From Epiperipatus broadwayi (Eukaryota > Animalia > Onychophora), in assembly GCA_028023455.1 (NCBI GenBank), contig JAQFVV010000009.1, forward strand, positions 11,718,001-11,782,000: 64,000 nucleotides of DNA. Reading direction: 5' to 3'. Each line of letters begins with the position of its first letter. The stretch's first letter is position 1. Shown here one piece after another: positions 26,500-38,528 of the stretch. The notes under the pieces were generated by a model. It was not told where the DNA came from and ran no database searches. It saw only the letters and a list, made by a program, of their open reading frames with translations. The position numbers and the translations under genes were made by a program.

Positions 26500-28170
26500 T
26501 GAATTGTCATAAATACATTTTTGAATTAACTTCTGAAAATAATGATTGACATGCATAAGCAATGAAAAAAATTGATAATATAGTCATTGCTAGTGTTTCT
26601 AGGAATAGTATTCCATATTTTTAATATTTTGTCTTAAGTTTTTTTTATTGCATCCAATAATCAATCATTTCCAAGTTATTTTTCAAATCAAAAAATTTGT
26701 TTCTATATAGAATTGAATTGAAAATCAATTTATTGCAATTCTATATCATCCAAATTCAACTACTTGAGAATTTTCAAATTGAATTTATCTGCTGATGTTG
26801 TGTCTGGATATAAAATTAATTTTTATGTTTTTTCAAATTGCCTGAATTGCATAAAGCTTGAAGAAAGCTTGTTGATCATCAAATGAATTACAGCAAAAAA
26901 ACTCATGCCAATTTATCTTGATTTGGCTTTTCATTACATCCACAATTTTATAACCATATCTAAGGTATTTGAAATAATGTCATGATTAAAAAATTTTAAT
27001 TTAGCTAAGAATGCTTTGATTAAAACAGACATTACAATGACTGCTTTGTTAACACTTTGCAATTCAATATTTAACTCATTTAAGTGGAAGCACAAATTAG
27101 TAGAAAACATTAATTTCAAAAGCCATTCAATGTCTATTAATTGATTGTACTATTCAATGGTATCCTCATTATGTAAAAAAAAAAAATCAAATTATTTTTA
27201 AACACTAAATAAATTTTTGAAAAACTTTTTCATGATTTAATCATTGGACATTATAATGCATAAGTAATCCATTGTATGATGAATTTACCTCATGTAACAG
27301 TTCCAGGAATTTTCATTTATTTAAAGCACATGCAGATAAAAAAATTGATAAAATTTGTTACAAAGTTCAATTTTGACACATAAAATCTATTGATATATAA
27401 TGCAGTAAAAACCCAGAACTGCATTTCAAATATATTTGGTAAGTGAATTGACAAAATAATTTTGGAAAAGTTTTTTTTTTCAGCAAATGCATTTACAACT
27501 GTGTTGCAAATATCTATTCCTTATGTAGTTGTTGTAATAATAATAAATTGATTAATTCTTTCTTCATATTGTTCCTAACCCAAATAACAAATAAACATAG
27601 AAAAAAAGCTGGTCCATTTATGCTAGTAATCTCATCAGATGCATAGAGAAATGAACAGGAAGATTTTATATTTATTTTATTTTGTTCATGGATGGATTAT
27701 ATTTTTAACCATTTCCACGATTCTATTATTTACCATATTTTGAGTAAAAAGCATATATTTTATTCTTTATATAATTTTCTCTTTATTTTCAAATCATCAA
27801 AAAAAAGGCTATTTATTTTAACCATGCTTTTTTTAAGATATTCATCATTGTCAAAAGATTTTCCAGGTTTGGAAATTACATTTGAAGCAATATAACTAGC
27901 AGAATATATACTTGACTAATTGCTGATATATTTAAATAGGGATTTGAATGGATATTTCTGTTTTTAATGTTTTATGCAATAAATTATTTTTGTTCTAATT
28001 TTTATCAAGAAGAGAATTATGGTTATTAAGGTTCTACTGTCCTAGAACATAAAATAAATTATTTTATTATTCTTATTAATTATATCATATTCTTCTCTCT
28101 ACCAACTTTAGAATTGTCTGCTATCTTGGTTCTGATAATTTTTTATCCACACTGGCCATGTTAAGTAGAA
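26500..28170 (-). mobile_element. Buster-type hAT transposase relic
   Basis: Minus ORF 26934-27119 reads LMFSTNLCFHLNELNIELQSVNKAVIVMSVLIKAFLAKLK (DLxxHLNxLNxxLQG...IxAFxxKL), with YACQSLFS (dimerisation motif) near 26540. Confidence 0.75.
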
Positions 28171-29449
28171 CTGAAAAAAAAAAAAAAATTTTTTTTTTTT
28201 TTTATAAAAATGTTAAAAATTATTTATATATAATTACATTAAAATGCATCCACTCTGATTCTTTACTATGTTCAATACTCTTATGCACAAATAGCTCATT
28301 TACCTTTTTTTGCACATTGCCTGCATGCTGATACTAATACACATATGAATGCCTGTGTGATTAGGGATGGTAGGAGACATGTATCTACTATAAAATATAA
28401 TGTGTTATCGCAAGGAAATACAAGTTTTGTTAATTTCTCTCACTGACACAAAACAAAATTTTTTAATAATAATTAACAAATAATTTTAATAAAATATAAG
28501 TCAATAATAACATACATGTGTCATCATTTTTTTTTTACATGCCATTACTGGCCCATATGCCAAAGATTTGCCGTAGCCGTTATAAGAGAAAAGATTGAGA
28601 ATGTAACAATTTAGTTGTAGTGTATGTTTGTTTTTTAATAAAACAATTCACAGATATTTAATACTGAATTCAATCTCATAAAAAGTTGAATTATTTATAA
28701 GATTGTGATTTTTAAATATTTGACTGTCTCTGTTTTTAGTTTCTATGAATATTTTATAATCAATTTGTTCTAAGCCTTTGAAAGCTAATATTCATCATTT
28801 ATGCTTGATTTCTATTAAAACATGGTTAAATGAGTTTTAAATTAAATATTTATATTTTATAATAAAAGGAAAAAAAACTATATTGGAAATATTTTTGATT
28901 TTTAATTGTTTTAACAAATTTCACTGTTAGACAGAAAAAAATCATATCTGCTGTTAATATTCATAAACGTTCATTTAAAATAAAAATAACCATTCTCCGT
29001 CTTTCTCCTTAAATAATATTTTATATACTGTATGTCTTAATACTGAGATTTGGTTCCGAGCAAACAACAGAATTTGTTTTATTCGGGCTGCTAGACTGTA
29101 GACGATTCTAGTTAACCATTCAATTATTAATTGAAAGATAGGTATTTAGTTATTTTTAACTCGTGATTAAAATTGTGAAGGGAAGCTACTAAAACTTTAT
29201 CAAGCATTTTTCTAGTGCGATTAATAATGTTTTCATTTCAGTGTTCTTTTCTGCTTTAAAGAAATATGTGTGCAACTGTTGCTATTTAAGAACTGCTTTT
29301 ATCTACTTATTAGTAAGTTTCAACTTATTAACTCTTTTCAACAAACTATGTAATTCTTAAACAATTGTTGCCCTCGAGTTTGGTTGAAAAGGTAAAACAA
29401 TAAGTATAAACTAATTAATAGCAATGAGCTAGCTTTTGGAAAACCCCTG

Positions 29450-30111
29450 CCAGAATAATTGGATTTGACACATACACAATCAAATCATCTTTTGAGTGCA
29501 TGGATAAAATTAAAAAAATAAAAATTAATAAGAACACACTAACCTCATTAGGTATAAAAGATCTGTATGGTTCAGTGCCTCACAATCTATCCACTAACAC
29601 TATACAAGATACCTTGCATCAAATCAACTACAAGCCATATAAAAAAGTGTTTACAACAGAAGTCTTAAAATGGATTGATAGGGAAATTGTAGCAGTAGCC
29701 AAAAATGAATTCTATAAAATAGAGAGTGGTTGACCAATAGGGTTACCACTAAGTGGTATTATTTGTAGCACTGTTCTGACTACATTTGAAAATAAGATTT
29801 TCCCTAAATATTTAACTCCTTCAACTAACTTTATCTACATGTGATACATAGAGAATGTATTTATATGTGCAGCAGAAAATCAAATCAACAACATGCAGCT
29901 GGAACACAAAAATACATTGCCTCTGGAATGGACTACTGAAGTAAAAAACATAAATCATCGTATCAATTTTTTTGACATGTATATCCAAAAAAATAATAAT
30001 GAGTTTGTCTTTAAAATAAAGCTTAAACCTTTACAAATAAAGGCTGCCATTCATCTGATGTCAAAAGGCCCAATAGAACAGGCTGGTCAAATTTTTAGAC
30101 ATTGGAAATGA
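29450..30111 (+). mobile_element. Penelope-like element reverse transcriptase fragment (pseudogene)
   Basis: IKSSFECMDKIK, SLGIKDLYGSVP, FYKIESG*PIGLPLSGII, IYM*YIENVF (RYxDD, CGA to TGA), LEWTTE, INFFDMYI and KP follow the PLE RT motif order. Confidence 0.8.
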
Positions 30112-30842
30112 CTTTTTTGGTAAAAGTGTATCTGAGGGTGACTACTTTTTTTCAGGGTTTCGAACTGGAAGCCAGGAAAAAAAATGTTATTTTTGCTGGA
30201 ACTAAAAAAAATAATGTTTCAAAATCCTGTTTTTTTTTATAACGGCTTTTTAAATACAAATATTGGTGACATTTTTAGAAAATACTTACAAGCTGATGAT
30301 TTTTTTTTCTCAAAGATATGAACTGTCAGAGACATTTTACTATAACTACTAACTTTAAAGTGATTATTACAAAAAAGAAATGTGATTTCTACATTTTGCC
30401 CCATCTCTCGGCCATTTTTGGTCACATTTTCACTATTTTATGCTTATTTTATTGGAAATTCTTAGCTTTATTGGTATTTAAAATTTTAATTCCAAACAAA
30501 TCTGCTATTGGCAGTATTTTTTGCAAAAAATCAATTTCTGATTGTGGTCTATTGTATATAGCCCCACCTCTTTTCCCTTACAAAGAGCTGCAAAGCACTA
30601 ACTGTCAACTTTGCTATTGTTCTCCAGGTATTTCTAACTGTGATAGTCAGAAGTCAAATCAAAATGTTTTATGCTTTCATAATAGATTTTGAAAATAAAT
30701 AAATATATTTCTTGTAATTTTTTACATTCATAATTAAGTTGTTGTTTTTTTTTTATAGATAGACAATTTCCGTATTTCTCCTTTCTTTTTTATATTTCAT
30801 AAATAATTTCATATAAACAAAGATACAATAAAAGACAAATAA

Positions 30843-30886
30843 CCCCCAAGATGCATTTCGTGCTGAATCAGCACTCATCAGTTGGG
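30843..30886 (-). ncRNA. Intact minimal type I hammerhead ribozyme
   Basis: Minus strand CCCAA-CTGATGA-GTGCTG att CAGCAC-GAAA-TGCA-TC-TTGGG. 5-bp stem I, canonical core, 6-bp stem II, palindromic ATGCAT stem III, AUC cleavage triplet (cut after 30850). Confidence 0.92.
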
Positions 30887-31243
30887 CCAGGTCACCATCT
30901 CTCATATATATCCTTATTACATGAAGATCATTTATGTAGAGTAAATTGTGTCATTTTTATTTTCAAGCGTCAATTTACTCAACTCTCAACTTTTACGTTA
31001 TCAACTTTTTGATAAACACGTAATGATTATTACTAATCATTTATGAAACTAGAGATTTTCTCTAGCACAGATATAAACTTTAATCCAAGTTAAAGATTAG
31101 TATATCTGATTTTCACACACACATGGCTATTTACGTTTCTCCTCCCATGCGTAATATCTTTTTTATAGATAGACAATTTCCATATTTCTCCATTATTTCA
31201 TAAATAATTTTATATAAACAAAGATACAATAAAAGACAAATAA

Positions 31244-31287
31244 CCCCCAAGATGCATTTCGTGCTGAACCAGCACTCATTAGTTGGG
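31244..31287 (-). ncRNA. Second hammerhead copy with G5 to A core mutation
   Basis: Minus strand CCCAA-CTAATGA-GTGCTG gtt CAGCAC-GAAA-TGCA-TC-TTGGG. Stems are identical; the loop II base differs; the cleavage site is intact (31251). Confidence 0.85.
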
Positions 31288-31609
31288 CCAGGTCATCATC
31301 TCTCATATATATCTTTATTACATGAAGATCATTTATGTAGAGTAAATAGTGAGTTAACAGACATTAATTTTCATTAATATTTAATTGAAAATGTAATTGA
31401 AAATGAACCCAATTAGCCAAACATTCATTAGTTAAATGTTTAATGAAGCAAAATAATTGTGTGTGTCATAGTTAAATAAAACAACATTATCTCCTATAGC
31501 CTCCTTATGCTAGTCAAAAAAGACAGTACAGTATTTAATAAATTAAAAAAAGAAAAACGATTGCAAAACTAAATTACAAATTGAAAGAATGTTTTCACAG
31601 GTGAAAAGT

Positions 31610-32690
31610 TTTAAGAAGCAACTTTTCGATATTAACTGGGTTTTTTTTTTTAAAACTAAAAAAAAATTCTTGCCAACGTTTATCCTCAACTGGGTGAAAA
31701 AATGTATAAAATAATAATTACATGGATATACTATATAGAATTGTTTCGTGTAGATGTTTTAGTGAATAGTCTGATTTACACATATCTGTATTTTTTATAT
31801 TTATTTGTGTTAAGAAACTTTTCCAAATAGTTGGTAATTTTATTGATTCATTGCCTTTATTAATGCAGTTTTTATTATTCAAAATTTTTATAGCTTTTTT
31901 AAATATTCTTTGATCATGGTTATTACACGTGGATATGATTTTGATATTTGGGGAGTCTATGTGATGACTGGTATCTAAAAGATAGAAAGCAAGTGCTGAA
32001 GATGCTGAGAATTTTTTTTTACTGCATCTATGTGTTCATCTCTTCTAGCATTTATACATCGATTGTTTCTCCCTATATGTATATAGTTGGGCACATGGCA
32101 TATGACAAAATTCTCTACTGAAAAAAAGATTAATAATATTCTAATCAAACTTAAGGATATAATTCCTTTTGAAGCCCAAGGAGTCTATGAAATCCCAGTA
32201 CACAACTCTATAGGAGAAGCAATCAATGTCTAAATGTTGGTAGAGATTAACACATTAATGCAGTAAAAAAAATTCTCAACATTTTCAGCACTTGCTATCA
32301 ATGTTTTAGATACTGACCATTGCATAGACTTCCCAAATACCAAAATCATATCCACAAGCAATAACTATGTTCAAGGAATATTTAGAGAAGGTATAGAAAT
32401 TTTTAAAAACAAAAACTGCATTAATAAGAGTGATTAAACTATAAAATTACCATCTATTTGGAAAGGTTATTAATACAAAAAAATATAAAAATACACCTAA
32501 ATGTAAATCAGACTATTCACCAACAATGTGATATAACAACCACAAAAAACAATTCTATGTACCATATTCATGTAATTATTACTTTAAACATTTTTTCACC
32601 CAGTTGATGATAAGTATTACCTTATAAAATATTGGTAAGAAATTTATTTTATTTTAATAAACATGGTTAATCCTGAAAACATGCTTCATT
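31610..32690. mobile_element. Penelope-like 3' fragment in a large fold-back (inverted duplication)
   Basis: Arms of roughly 400 bp (about 31664-32075 vs 32200-32643) are reverse-complementary (for example 31920-32030 vs 32258-32365), with a spacer of about 120 bp. The right arm carries GIY-YIG and an HHR relic at about 32599-32636. Confidence 0.85.
32110..32472 (+). pseudogene. GIY-YIG endonuclease domain of a Penelope-like element
   Basis: KLKDIIPFEAQGVYEIP..SIGE...HINAVKK..SALAINVLDTDHCIDFPNTKII...REGIEI...IN...LPSIWK, with frameshifts. Confidence 0.85.
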
Positions 32691-34329
32691 AAATAGATAT
32701 TTGGTTGTTCATTAAAATTTTTCATTGAGCTTTATTAATTAAATTATTTATTTACTTATTAAACAATTTTACATAAGATATTAGGAGTTATTTCCTTCTG
32801 GCATATTTAATAAAATGCATATAAGGCTTTAATAGTTAATCACACATAAATTAAGTCCAGAGTCAAACTGAAAAAAGGGTAACTTATTAATTTTCATCTT
32901 CACAATTATTAATTTTTTTAGGTAAGCAATTTTTATGTTGGAATAAATTATACAGAAAGTTTTTAAGCAATTTTTTCAACATCAACCATTTTTAACAAAA
33001 TTATTTTGAATCTTTTGATTATAAATTTTTATACTTATTTAATATTTTTCATTTATATCATATCATTTTTTATGTAATTTTTTTATCAATTTTGCTTGTA
33101 TTATATATTTTCATTTATTAAAAAGAGATTCACTTTGTTCTAATGTGTTCAGATAGATCATCCTTCTGAGATTGATTTATCAGATCCAGTAAGTAAAATA
33201 AGAAATTAGTAAATTTATATATAAGGAATTTTCTCTAATACTCTTATAAATTCTTCTAGAGACATCTGATAATAATTTTTGCATGTCATATCAAAGATTT
33301 TGAAAGATAATGCATATAGTATAAATATATCACTTAGAGATCAAAGATACTTATTCAGAAGAAAGTAAACTTATTAAACTTTATCTGCCTTTTAGTAATG
33401 AGATTATTATATTAAACAACCTACCATTGTATATATAACTTTGTTACCATTTTCAATTGAATATCATACAAAAATGTAATATTTAAAATAAAATTTAACC
33501 AAGTTTGCAATAATATTTAATGCAGAATTTAAAGGCATTCTAATAGCTCTATAAATAAGCTGAGTCTAAACTTTTAGATAATTGAAATTTTCATATTATT
33601 AGTTTGAATAGAAAAAGATGAGTTGACATGATTTTTTTAAGTGGATCTGCACATTACAATTTGTTTCTGTTTATTTTAACTTGCATTAGAAATAGGAGAC
33701 TTGTTATTTAAAACTCATTACATACAAACTAGATAAATTAGATAATGTTTTAATTTAATTTCATATGGTTTTTTTTTTTTACAAAAAAGGGTAAAAAATG
33801 CCTGCAGTTGCTGATTTATTGTCATATTTGCAGTCATTCTTGAAATACTTTGAGATTCAGAATTGTAAACCATAAGTTTGACTAGCAAAATATGAGTAAA
33901 AAATGCAAGATAGGAATTCATATTATACAAACTCTAGTTAGTAAAAACTGCTTGATTTAATATGTTAATATTCATTAAATGCTCATGTGTGTACATAATG
34001 TATGTTAAAGTCTAATAAAGAGATTATTGTTGTTGGTAATAACATATTTCTTTTTCTGTCATCAAGTTTTAAGTATGTTCAAAAGTGCATATCAACATGT
34101 TTGTGACATTCATTAATAAAACTATGTTCTGAAGAGTATGGATCAACTGGATAAATCATTGTGTTGTGTATTGAGTGACATATGATGATCTTACTAAAAC
34201 GCTATGAAGTGTATGTGTTTTTCTCTCTTCTGTACTATTTTATATAATGTTTAAAACACATCTGAGAAAATGTCTATATTTTTTATAGTTTTTACCTCTC
34301 ATATATGTTTCCACTTCATTCTAGCCTTA

Positions 34330-35850
34330 TTAATATGCTAGAGATTTAAAGTATTCATCAACCATGTCATGATAGTGTCCAGATCTTTCTGTATAAATAG
34401 ATAATGAATAATGATGTTAAAAAGTTTAAATCTAGAGGGTATTAAAATTTGCTTCTCATTTTTTACACATATCTTCAGTACATATTCAACTTAACATTTG
34501 TTGAAGTCATCTATTCATATAAAATTTCAAATGACCTATATAATCTTTCAATTGTATATAAAGATTTCTAAATAATTGTATTTATTTGCATCTTTTATAT
34601 TAATCCATTCTAAAAGCCACTATTTTTCTATCCCTTCCATTTACTATCATTATTTTTTAGTTTTCTTCACTAAATTTAATTCCTGTTTTTTATTTTTTAT
34701 CAATCTTTGTAAAAATATTTAAAAATAATTTCATATTTCTCTAATTTGTGATAAAAATATATTCTTAAGCAAACAAAAAAACTTTTAAAGAAAATATTTT
34801 AATATCTCTTTTTAATCTTTCTATTGTCATTTTTATTTTTCTCATATATAACATGAACAGTATAGGAAGCTTGGGGCAGCTTTGCCTCGTTCATACATTA
34901 AAATTTTAACCTTATTGATTATTAATAAATCTTATCAGAATATACTTTGTCAACTTTTTTATCAGCTTTCTCTAAATCTATGAAAGTCATATGCAAAAGC
35001 CTTACTACTTTTTTAATAATTTATATCAATTGTATTATTAAAAATAAAATATGTCTATGGAATCTACACACATTTCCTTATAAAAAAATTTTCATTCATT
35101 TATTTAATTTTACAACCATTATATTTGCAAAATGTTTTATAAATTTTTGAAGTTATCACTCCCAGTTTATAATCATATAATATTTTGTGATCTTGTAATA
35201 ATAATCTCACTTTTATATTTCACCTTTCATGCCACATTATAAATTGAATTGTTTTAGTTCGAATTCTCAGATTCTCTAAGTTTTTCAATTTTTTAATCTT
35301 TTGACTTTTTTTACTCAAATCATTTTCTGTTAGTACCATATTTTTGTAATTTTTTTAAAATTCTTCCATCACACACACTTTTAAACACATGAATAAAACT
35401 TCTAAAAAAGTTAAATAACCCCCAAGATGATTTTTTTTTTTTTTTGGACTGATAGAGCATTTTTCAGTTAGCCTAAATCATAACCTCATATATGTCTTTA
35501 TCATCTTTCTTACTGTTATCTTTATATCTATCATTTCATTAATTTTGTAATTTTTTATTATGCATTCATATTATATAAATATTCAAAATTATCTGTATTT
35601 TTCCCTTTCTGCTACTGTTTCTTTATTATTTATCAACTAATATGATTGTCTATTCTAAAAATACACATTATAATATTTATCAAACATTTTACTTCTTTCT
35701 CTAACAGCTATATTGATATTATCTCATTATTTAATCTTATGTATATTCTCACCTATTCTGTTTTTATTATGCTTATCATATTTATAAATTTGATCTTACT
35801 TTTTAACCTTATTATCATTTTTATCTACATCAATAAGCTAAATTTCTTAT
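34330..35850 (-). mobile_element. RTE-clade LINE relic
   Basis: Minus strand LHMTFIDLEKADK near 34970-35000, a RQG-like/PxLF segment near 34860-34895, GHL C-terminal segment near 34530 and a K/E-rich linker at 35530-35850. Confidence 0.6.
35413..35503 (-). repeat. Third, decayed copy of the HHR-bearing repeat
   Basis: AAATAACCCCCAAGATG...GCATTTTTCAGTTAGCC...CCTCATATATGTCTTTA aligns with 30838-30920. The core is destroyed by a poly-T run. Confidence 0.6.
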
Positions 35851-36706
35851 AGCCTGTGTGATTTCCTTGTAGTATTATGAGTGGTGAACTCAGCTGAGCA
35901 ATATTGATAAAAAAAATCTGTTGCTTATTTTTGTGGAGTTTTTGTTGTCATCCTAACACTTTGATCCTTTAGTATTATATGACTAAAAAAACTAATTATA
36001 TGATTATTTTGCAATTTTACCATACGAATTTTTTTATTTCTTGTATTTCTTTCTATCCTTGTGTTTCTTTCAAGAAAACATTTTGATATTTTTTTTGCAA
36101 AGCTATTTAAAATTTATCATTTTTGTTATCATTTATATTCTATTCTGTAGTTAGTTTAGAATGATAGTAAACTCTAGAGCTGAAGATTTATGTATCATAG
36201 CTCAATTTTGTCACTTCTGATGTTTAAACTTTGTGTAAATCTTCATATATATGAACTCCCAAATAACAAATATACAATTGTATATATTCCAACCACATCA
36301 TATTTATCTTTATTGTATTTATTTATATTTTCCATTACTTCTTTATCTTTTATATTATATATAAACATTTTTGTTAATATTACATCATTTTTTTTATTTA
36401 TTAGAAACTTTAATTGGTACTTGTGAGTTTTCCAGTAAACCAATATGGTAACCTGTATTTTTGAAAAAAAAAATACAGTTTTGGGGGCCTATACAATTTA
36501 TTTATTCACTTTCTATTATTAAATATGTTATTTGTTAAATTAACAAAAGAAATAATAAATCGATTGTTAAATTCAAAAAAAAAAAGGAATAAATATCAAT
36601 AAATTCCATTAAGAAACTTTATTTCAAAATTTACTTCTTTTTTTTTTTTTTAGTTTTAGAATGAACTTTATTTAAGAAAAAATATATCTACAGATATTTC
36701 AGTTTA

Positions 36707-36711
<5 letters not shown>

Positions 36712-36785
<74 letters not shown>
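36712..36785. repeat. (AT)n microsatellite, about 74 nt
   Basis: Uninterrupted AT dinucleotide run. Confidence 0.98.
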
Positions 36786-36788
<3 letters not shown>

Positions 36789-36918
36789 TTTAAAAGAAAA
36801 AACATTAATATAAAACTAATCAAAGAATACTGCAATAAGTATTTTCAATAGCATTCAGTGAATTATTAAAACATTTACAATAAAATAGGAAAGAAAATGT
36901 ATCTCACTAGAGGTTAGA

Positions 36919-36960
36919 GCACTGATGGACAAGTGACTAAATGGCTGTGAAAATGTCTGA
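36919..36960 (+). ncRNA. Possible hammerhead relic
   Basis: CTGATGG-ACA...GGCTGT-GAAA-ATG-TC. A9 to G, and stem III lacks one base of CATG. Confidence 0.3.
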
Positions 36961-37876
36961 TGTAATTTTTTTATCTTTTTATTTTGCCTCCTCTAATTTG
37001 TTTTTAAGAGTGTTAAAATTTCTTGCATTATTATTGTAAAGATAAGTGTACTTTGTGCATCATAATGATATAGTATAAATATTGAATTTCTTAATTCTGC
37101 AAAACAGGCATTTGGAAACGACTCCATAATTGAACTTATAGTGGCATTCTTTTTCTGGTAAATTTTTGTAATATAAGATCGAGGTGTATTGTAGGCTACC
37201 ACACTCAAAGAATATATGTTTTTGGTTTTCTTTTGATCTTTGTTCAACTCACAAATAGTGTCAATGTTAAGTATGTTTCTCTTATAACTTATGAAATATA
37301 ATATTGATAATAACCATATGTTCATTTTGAGTAGACAATCAAAACATTTGGGCCTGAGTGTCCAATACTTAAATCTACATGTTTGTTTCTTTATATTAAC
37401 ACTTAGCATTGGCAAGACTAAGTTATAATTTTTGTTTGTGTGTAAAAGTACATATGTATTGCAGTAGTGCCATTTGGTCATATTGTAGCCTGCATAGTCT
37501 ACATGAATGATATAACAGTTTTTCTAACAACTTAAAAACAAATACAAACATTAATTGATATATTACATGAATACACTTGCATCTATAAACTAGAATTTAA
37601 CCTTGATAAAACATGTGCATGGTATATATATACAGGCAAAACACATACAAATGTATTTCAAAATAAGCCTATAACTTATTTAGGATCCCCCTTTCACTTG
37701 ACTTACATGGCTATGTGAAAGCAAATGCAAAATAAACTAATTCAAATGACAGAATGGACCATATCCTCCCTCTCAAAAGCATATCTTTCTCTATATTCAG
37801 TAGTATCACATAAATATTCTGATAATTACAAAAATTACTTATTATACACCGATTATAGTCTTCACAAAATTCTTTA

Positions 37877-38528
37877 TGTTGTGTTTGGTCTGAATTGCAG
37901 ATTTCAGACTCCAACCAACAGTAATATCAAAAAATATGAACACTCAATAATTGATATGTATAATTTATTAAAACAAATCTACATACATATTATACAATGA
38001 ATAAATATAATTTTACATAGATGTATATTTTAGCTTGCCTTGTGAGTTCTAGTCAAGACTCTTCTGGATGTACTGGACAGTTTGCCTCGAGTTGGCCATA
38101 GTCGTAGCAGCTTCCAGTTTTATCATGGACTTGCCTCACTGCATAAACATATCAGTAATGACTATAGTAAAAACGGCTTTGCAGTTGAATTGAGAGCACA
38201 TTTAGTTGTTCATGTTAGACAGACATTATCTCTCTCTGTGTGTGTCATTCCTTTTCCTCCAAAAGACTGACTATTTATGCCAGATCCCTACCTTACTGGC
38301 AGCAATCATATTCAGAGAGCATCATTACTTATTGGCCTGTACTAACCAATGATAGGATCTTATACAAATGTTTACACATTGGCCATACATATAGTTTACC
38401 CTTTGACTATATTTATACATTGGTTATCCACGTGTTTACACATTAATTGGTGGCAATGAGTGCTCAGTCCAATTAGATAAGGAAGAAATCTGGACTAGTC
38501 CATTCTGAAGGCAAGGTCAGATATGACA
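37877..38528 (-). mobile_element. Solo LTR related to the LTRs of 44649-47982
   Basis: Minus strand starts TGTCATATCTGACCTTGCCTTCAGAATGGACT and ends ...ACCAAACACAACA, homologous to the ends of LTR 47388-47982. Perfect 5-bp TSD CTTTA (37872-37876, 38529-38533). Confidence 0.92.

Larger units (their letters stand above)
30749..31347 (-). repeat. Partial tandem (about 1.5 units, 401-bp period) with an HHR in each copy; retrozyme/pLTR-like
   Basis: Direct repeats about 30749-30946 and 31159-31347, near-identical apart from a short indel, separated by a 212-bp spacer. Each contains an HHR. Confidence 0.9.

Noticed and set aside
30318-30692. 124-aa ORF next to the Penelope RT
   Set aside because: No recognisable domain. 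It lies in AT-rich repeat-like sequence starting with a hAT-like CAGGGTTTCGAAC for which no matching right end was found.
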